The translations under genes and the position numbers were made by a program. From IMG/VR virus record IMGVR_UViG_3300005253_000164: a stretch of 26,989 nt of DNA; one strand, 5' to 3'. The notes beneath the pieces were generated by a model, which was given only the letters and a program-made list of their open reading frames with translations, was not told where the DNA came from and searched no databases. Below are positions 22,837 to 26,989 of the stretch, one piece after another. How positions within the stretch are numbered: the stretch's first letter is position 1; each line of letters starts with the position of its first letter. Source of the stretch: an uncultured virus (IMG/VR IMGVR_UViG_3300005253_000164) (taxonomy: Duplodnaviria > Heunggongvirae > Uroviricota > Caudoviricetes).

Positions 22837-24340
22837 ACAAAAACAAACACCTAAACCCATTATGTTGGATTTGTATGAGTCTGGAAAAATAAATATATAT
22901 GATATGTTAATTGGTAAACTAGCAGCAATTCTAGGAATGACTGGAAGTGGAAAATCAAATACTGCTGCCAGAGTTATTGAACAAATATTAGATCTCAAAA
23001 TAGGATTAACTATACTTGATATAGAGGGAGAATATTGGGGGCTACAGGAAAAGTATGAGGTTCTAATTGTCGGCAATTCAAAAAAAGCCACTGTCAAAAT
23101 TGATGAGGAAACATTTGAAAAAATGGCATCTAGTTTAGCTGAAAAAGTTTTAACTGAAAATATTCCTCTAATAATAGATCTAAGTGGGTGGTCCGATAAA
23201 AAATGGGATCTGGGATTAATTGAATATTTTAGTTCATTATTTACTATTGCTCAAAAAGTAAGAAGACCACACATTATTTTAATAGAGGAAGCACAAGAGT
23301 TTGTTCCTCAAAGCATTAGTTCTGATTTGAAAGAGGTATTAGTTAGAGTTGCAAAAAGGGGAAGGAAACGAGGACTATTCACCATATTAGCTTCTCAAAG
23401 ATCACCAGACGTGGATAAAAAATTGTTATCGCAATGTGAGGTGGTATTTTGTCATCGAGTAAGCCATCCCACTGATTTAGATGTTTATTACAAATTAATT
23501 CCTTTAGAGAGAAAAGAAATCAAAAATAGAGTTATTGGTTTGGATGATGGGCAATGCTTTTTGAAATTAAAATCTGGAACTACTGTGGTTCAAGTGAAAA
23601 TGAGAGAAACATTTCATGCAGGTAATACACCTGGAATTGGAGTGCAACCAAAAACTCCTCCATTAAAAATGATAGCAAAAGATCTGGCTATCGCATTTAA
23701 AAAGATGGCAAAGAGTACCAGAAAAGAGAAGGACCTACTTGAGAAGAAAGAAAACGAGATAAAAAGATTAAGTAATTTAAATTTTGGATATGAAAAAGAT
23801 ATTCTTAACCTTGAACAACAACTTCAAATCGCATCACGAATAAAGGTGGAGGTCGAATTACCAAAAACAATTCAAAAAATGATAGTCAGTCAATTCCATT
23901 CAAAAGGAGATCCTACTTTAATTCCAAATGATGCAAATTACTTACAAGATTCTAATAATGGTTTAAAATTGAATGATTCAATAATACGTAAGATAAAAAG
24001 TGTAAAAAGAAGTTTGAAAAAACAAAACCATCGCGGTTTTATAATTATGAATTTTTTAGAAGCAAATGTTCCAGATAGATTTAACACATCACGTTTAGCA
24101 TCTAGGTTGGGCTTTTCCAAAGGACAACTATTTAGTGGGGAAACAAAATTAATGGTCACAGAGGGGATGCTTATTAAAACACCCAGATCAAAAGAAGAAA
24201 TCATATGGCATTCAAATCTTAAAAATTGGGTAAAAGAAAAATTTGAACATTTTGAAAATGATAATTATCACCCATTAGATACAATTTATTCTATTTTCCA
24301 AGACTGGTTAGCTGATATGGTTAAAACAGGGGATTACTAA
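22829..24340 (+). CDS. HerA/FtsK-superfamily (DUF87) ATPase with coiled coil and C-terminal HTH-like domain
   Basis: Walker A GMTGSGKS, ILDIEGEY, Walker B ILIEEAQEF, arginine finger KRGRKRG, sensor LASQR; start reassigned to MSKQ at 22829. Confidence 0.88.
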   Translation: MSKQKQTPKPIMLDLYESGKINIYDMLIGKLAAILGMTGSGKSNTAARVIEQILDLKIGLTILDIEGEYWGLQEKYEVLIVGNSKKATVKIDEETFEKMASSLAEKVLTENIPLIIDLSGWSDKKWDLGLIEYFSSLFTIAQKVRRPHIILIEEAQEFVPQSISSDLKEVLVRVAKRGRKRGLFTILASQRSPDVDKKLLSQCEVVFCHRVSHPTDLDVYYKLIPLERKEIKNRVIGLDDGQCFLKLKSGTTVVQVKMRETFHAGNTPGIGVQPKTPPLKMIAKDLAIAFKKMAKSTRKEKDLLEKKENEIKRLSNLNFGYEKDILNLEQQLQIASRIKVEVELPKTIQKMIVSQFHSKGDPTLIPNDANYLQDSNNGLKLNDSIIRKIKSVKRSLKKQNHRGFIIMNFLEANVPDRFNTSRLASRLGFSKGQLFSGETKLMVTEGMLIKTPRSKEEIIWHSNLKNWVKEKFEHFENDNYHPLDTIYSIFQDWLADMVKTGDY

Positions 24341-24352
24341 AGAGGCATATAA

Positions 24353-24532
24353 ATGAATTTACAATTACAAATAATGAAAGATAAATTGGGTCAAAAACAC
24401 GTAATAATATTTGATCATGGAAAATTTGATACTCCATTGGTTATATTATATGATTTTGAGTTTGAAAAATTGATAACAAAATATCAAAAAGAGTCAAAGG
24501 ATTTTGATAATTTAACAGGTGATAACAAATGA
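24353..24532 (+). CDS. Small hypothetical protein (59 aa, not in ORF track)
   Basis: GAGG RBS; MNLQLQIMKDKLGQKHVIIFDHG..; ATGA coupled to 24529. Confidence 0.6.
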   Translation: MNLQLQIMKDKLGQKHVIIFDHGKFDTPLVILYDFEFEKLITKYQKESKDFDNLTGDNK

Positions 24533-24792
24533 TAACAAATGAAGAATTAAATAAATTTTTAAAATCCACTAGAATGTGGGTTATTCAGAGATGTATTTTG
24601 GAGACATTTTCAACTATAATATATTGTAAAAGAAGAGAGGATATGATTCAAGGGGCATTAAGATTCAATATGATGCCTTCCGATCTTGAGAAATGGAAGA
24701 AAATCAAATTTAAATATCAAGGCTTAACATACAAACAAGCACAAGAATCACATTGGAGGGATGATATAGATACTACGGAGTTAGATAGTTAG
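24529..24792 (+). CDS. Hypothetical protein
   Basis: AGGTGA RBS, coupled. Confidence 0.6.
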   Translation: MITNEELNKFLKSTRMWVIQRCILETFSTIIYCKRREDMIQGALRFNMMPSDLEKWKKIKFKYQGLTYKQAQESHWRDDIDTTELDS

Positions 24793-25017
24793 ATGTTTAA
24801 ATATAGAATAACTAAAACATCAATATCCACAAATGTAGAAGAATTTGAGGTGATAGCACCTTCAGATATGGTTGCAGAATCCTTAGCAGCAGAATACGAA
24901 AATGATATTGAGGGAAAAATAAAACTAGTAGGCGGTTATGATGATAGCATTGGGAATTGTGATATTGTGGTTGACAGTGTGGAAGAATATCCAAGAATAA
25001 AGAAAAAGAAAGATTAA
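24793..25017 (+). CDS. Hypothetical protein
   Basis: 74 aa; FEV.A.S...AE..A pattern common in small virus proteins. Confidence 0.6.
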   Translation: MFKYRITKTSISTNVEEFEVIAPSDMVAESLAAEYENDIEGKIKLVGGYDDSIGNCDIVVDSVEEYPRIKKKKD

Positions 25018-25031
25018 ATGAGGAAAAAATT

Positions 25032-25925
25032 ATGGTAGACAAAACAGAATCATTAGAAAAAACACATGGACTAAATACGAGTAACTTCATCAAACCAATC
25101 AATGCGATGAAATTATCGATCCCAATTGATTACACTCCAGATTATATTAAAGATCTTTACCGAAGGGCAGATGATTATTGGGGAGACAAGCAACTGATTA
25201 TGTTGTTTGAAGAAATAGGGGAATTAACAGAGGTAATCACGAATATATATTTTCCTATCGATAATGGAGGGAGAATAGTTGACGAATTAGTTGATGTTTT
25301 TATTATGCTTGAACAATTTGCATGGAAATATAATCTGGATCGGGTAGAAACAATAGCACAAGAAATGCATGCAAACATGTATGTAAGGTTAATCAATGAA
25401 ATTCTTACAATTAGTAATCTTACTCAACAAGCATCAAGATTAATTAGGGGAAGAGCAAGTGTTTCAGATATGAACTTAGCACTTGCTAGGTTTGATTCAC
25501 TATTCAAGGGGTTGGTAAAGCATTATGGCCTAAGAAAGAAAATAATTGCCAGATACAAATTTAAGATTGATAGGTTAGAAGAGAGAATCAGAGGCCACGA
25601 ATTGAAGAAAAAAACAGTTTCAACAGAGGAAGCTAGTGTCTCATTAGATTCAAATTTGGGGATCACATATCATATTCCAGCTCATGTATATGCCAGAATG
25701 GCAAAACATAGTCGAGAACATGACGGAGTCAATGTGAAAATAAGAATGAGTACTGTTTTGGAATGGGCATGGCTGGAGCGACATGATTTGAGAACAACCC
25801 TCGAAAAAGCAGAAAGGGAAGATCCTACACAGGAATATAATGAACGTGTCTTTGGGTTAATAGTAGATATGGAATATCTCTGGGACAAAGCAGCCCTATA
25901 CAGACAGTTTGAAGTTGGGGAGTAA
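25032..25925 (+). CDS. MazG-like nucleotide pyrophosphohydrolase domain protein
   Basis: QLIMLFEEIGELTEVI..IVDELVDVFIMLEQ is the EExxE..ExxD MazG motif; KIDRLEERI end helix; extra C-terminal domain. Confidence 0.75.
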   Translation: MVDKTESLEKTHGLNTSNFIKPINAMKLSIPIDYTPDYIKDLYRRADDYWGDKQLIMLFEEIGELTEVITNIYFPIDNGGRIVDELVDVFIMLEQFAWKYNLDRVETIAQEMHANMYVRLINEILTISNLTQQASRLIRGRASVSDMNLALARFDSLFKGLVKHYGLRKKIIARYKFKIDRLEERIRGHELKKKTVSTEEASVSLDSNLGITYHIPAHVYARMAKHSREHDGVNVKIRMSTVLEWAWLERHDLRTTLEKAEREDPTQEYNERVFGLIVDMEYLWDKAALYRQFEVGE

Positions 25926-25930
25926 TTATA

Positions 25931-26152
25931 GTGATAAAACCCCCTCTTAATAGATCAGTAGTGAAAGCAATGGCATCGATGAAGTCAAAACTGTGGCAAA
26001 ATGATGCTATTCCAATTCAACCAGAGAATGTTGATAAAATAATCAAACTTCTCGAATCTGCAGGTGATTTGGCTGAATTAAATATAAATGCAGATAAGGT
26101 CAATCTTATATTGACCGAAAAAAGAGTTAACAAAATATTGGTGAATAACTAA
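25931..26152 (+). CDS. Hypothetical protein
   Basis: GTG start after GGGGAG. Confidence 0.55.
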   Translation: MIKPPLNRSVVKAMASMKSKLWQNDAIPIQPENVDKIIKLLESAGDLAELNINADKVNLILTEKRVNKILVNN

Positions 26153-26153
26153 G

Positions 26154-26639
26154 ATGAAAGAGAATAACGCATTTGATTTATGGAAAAAGTATGAATACAA
26201 TAGCACAGAAGCAGAATTGAAAAACCCGATAGAAGAAGAATGTACATGTTTATGTCTGGATCCAGAAAGTAGCCTTTTTCAGATAACTGAATCGGAACCC
26301 TGTCTGACCAAACCATGTTCAGAATGTGAAAATTGTCACTGTGATTGTAAGGGATTACATCCCTCAAAAATAACACTTGTAGAACAACATGTAAAAATAA
26401 GAGAAGAGAACGAATACTCTTGTAATCCTCTGTTCTACAATAATGAGATCTTTGTATTTCCATACATTAGAGGGAATCGCACAGATTATGCTTTACAGGT
26501 GATTGGATGGTATAATCCCCTCTTAATCTCCTACTGTCCTTACTGTCCCAAAAAATTACCTCATCCCAGAGAGGATACAGAAACGTCTAGAACATACAAA
26601 ACTATTCGAAGTGAAAGGAAAACACCTCTAGACGACTAG
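26154..26639 (+). CDS. Cysteine-rich metal-binding protein
   Basis: GGTGA RBS; CTCLC..CLTKPCSECENCHCDC..H and C..ISYCPYC. Confidence 0.7.
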   Translation: MKENNAFDLWKKYEYNSTEAELKNPIEEECTCLCLDPESSLFQITESEPCLTKPCSECENCHCDCKGLHPSKITLVEQHVKIREENEYSCNPLFYNNEIFVFPYIRGNRTDYALQVIGWYNPLLISYCPYCPKKLPHPREDTETSRTYKTIRSERKTPLDD

Positions 26640-26750
26640 AACTATCTCTAGTAAACTAGAGTATAAAACGAATAAAGAATGAGGCATTCGTCTAGATTTC
26701 TGTTTATAGATCTTCACGCTGTATAAATTTTCATGTCAGACTCAATATAT

Positions 26751-26829
26751 TACTATCGATGAAATCAACGATAGTTCAATCGATACCAATCGATGGTCAG
26801 AGATATACAACATCGATCCATCGATAGTA
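26751..26829. repeat. Inverted repeat and ATCGAT cluster in non-coding DNA
   Basis: TACTATCGATG (26751-26761) / CATCGATAGTA (26819-26829) is a perfect 11-bp IR; five ATCGAT within 71 bp. Confidence 0.7.
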
Positions 26830-26989
26830 CAAAGGAACTATACTCTCGCTGTCCATACTAGGGCTTATCTTCTACGAGTTCTGCTTTGTTTGAGCTGATT
26901 TGCTCCCCTTGTGTAGTACCCCCCGAAATTTTTTTTGGGAGTGCTTTGCAACCCCACTCTGTTGTTTTGGGTGGGTGTCTCTGTGTCTT

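Noticed and set aside
24310..24320. AGCTGATATGG matching the 5' end of tRNA-Leu(TAA) as a possible att site
   Set aside because: Only 11 bp, inside a coding region, and no integrase or tRNA 3' duplication seen.
24520..24542. TGATAACAAA tandem duplication
   Set aside because: Two 10-bp copies at a gene overlap; too short to interpret and not a Borg-style tandem repeat array.
26126..26135. GTTAACAAAA partial operator
   Set aside because: Incomplete palindrome inside a CDS; probably chance.
2529..26463. Other antisense ORFs nested in longer genes (e.g. 2529, 2754, 4259, 5204, 5498, 7409, 7733, 8552, 8773, 8831, 9414, 10617, 15770, 17106, 20706, 21071, 21775, 22786, 23938, 24812, 25175, 25682, 26149)
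   Set aside because: They overlap better-supported genes on the opposite strand and have shadow-like composition.
1..26989. Firm classification as a tailed virus, Borg or plasmid
   Set aside because: No capsid, terminase, portal, polymerase, Rep or long tandem-repeat hallmark in this window; the element type is inferred from gene organisation only.

Overview
AT-rich, densely packed window of about 55 mostly short genes. Nearly all are on the + strand and many are translationally coupled (ATGA/TAATG overlaps). Expression signals look archaeal: GGTGA-type RBSs and leaderless BRE/TATA promoters about 25-30 nt before the ATG. No capsid, terminase, polymerase, integrase or housekeeping gene is recognisable. 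The best reading is the accessory/early region of a large archaeal virus or extrachromosomal element. An Asgard-like host is inferred from a secreted NosD/beta-helix protein and a RING finger of a type I associate with Asgard proteins. Recognisable products: beta-class amino DNA methyltransferase, RHH and several winged-helix proteins, two MazG-like NTP pyrophosphatases, a DNPH1/NDT-family hydrolase plus a second NDT-fold protein, an ATP-grasp protein, a HerA/DUF87 ATPase, many Zn-finger proteins and two tRNA-Leu-anticodon genes. Most notable: (1) genes sit in units bounded by several families of short repeats that carry promoters and 3' tails of other genes, suggesting gene-cassette shuffling; (2) the palindrome TTTGTTAACAAA occurs 7 times intergenically, several times at fixed spacing from start codons; (3) the second tRNA folds as a non-canonical 8/4 allo-tRNA/tRNA-Sec-like molecule with a UAG anticodon; (4) a 758-aa phage-type protein has a C-terminal RING finger. 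All family assignments come from motif recognition by eye; no database search was run.
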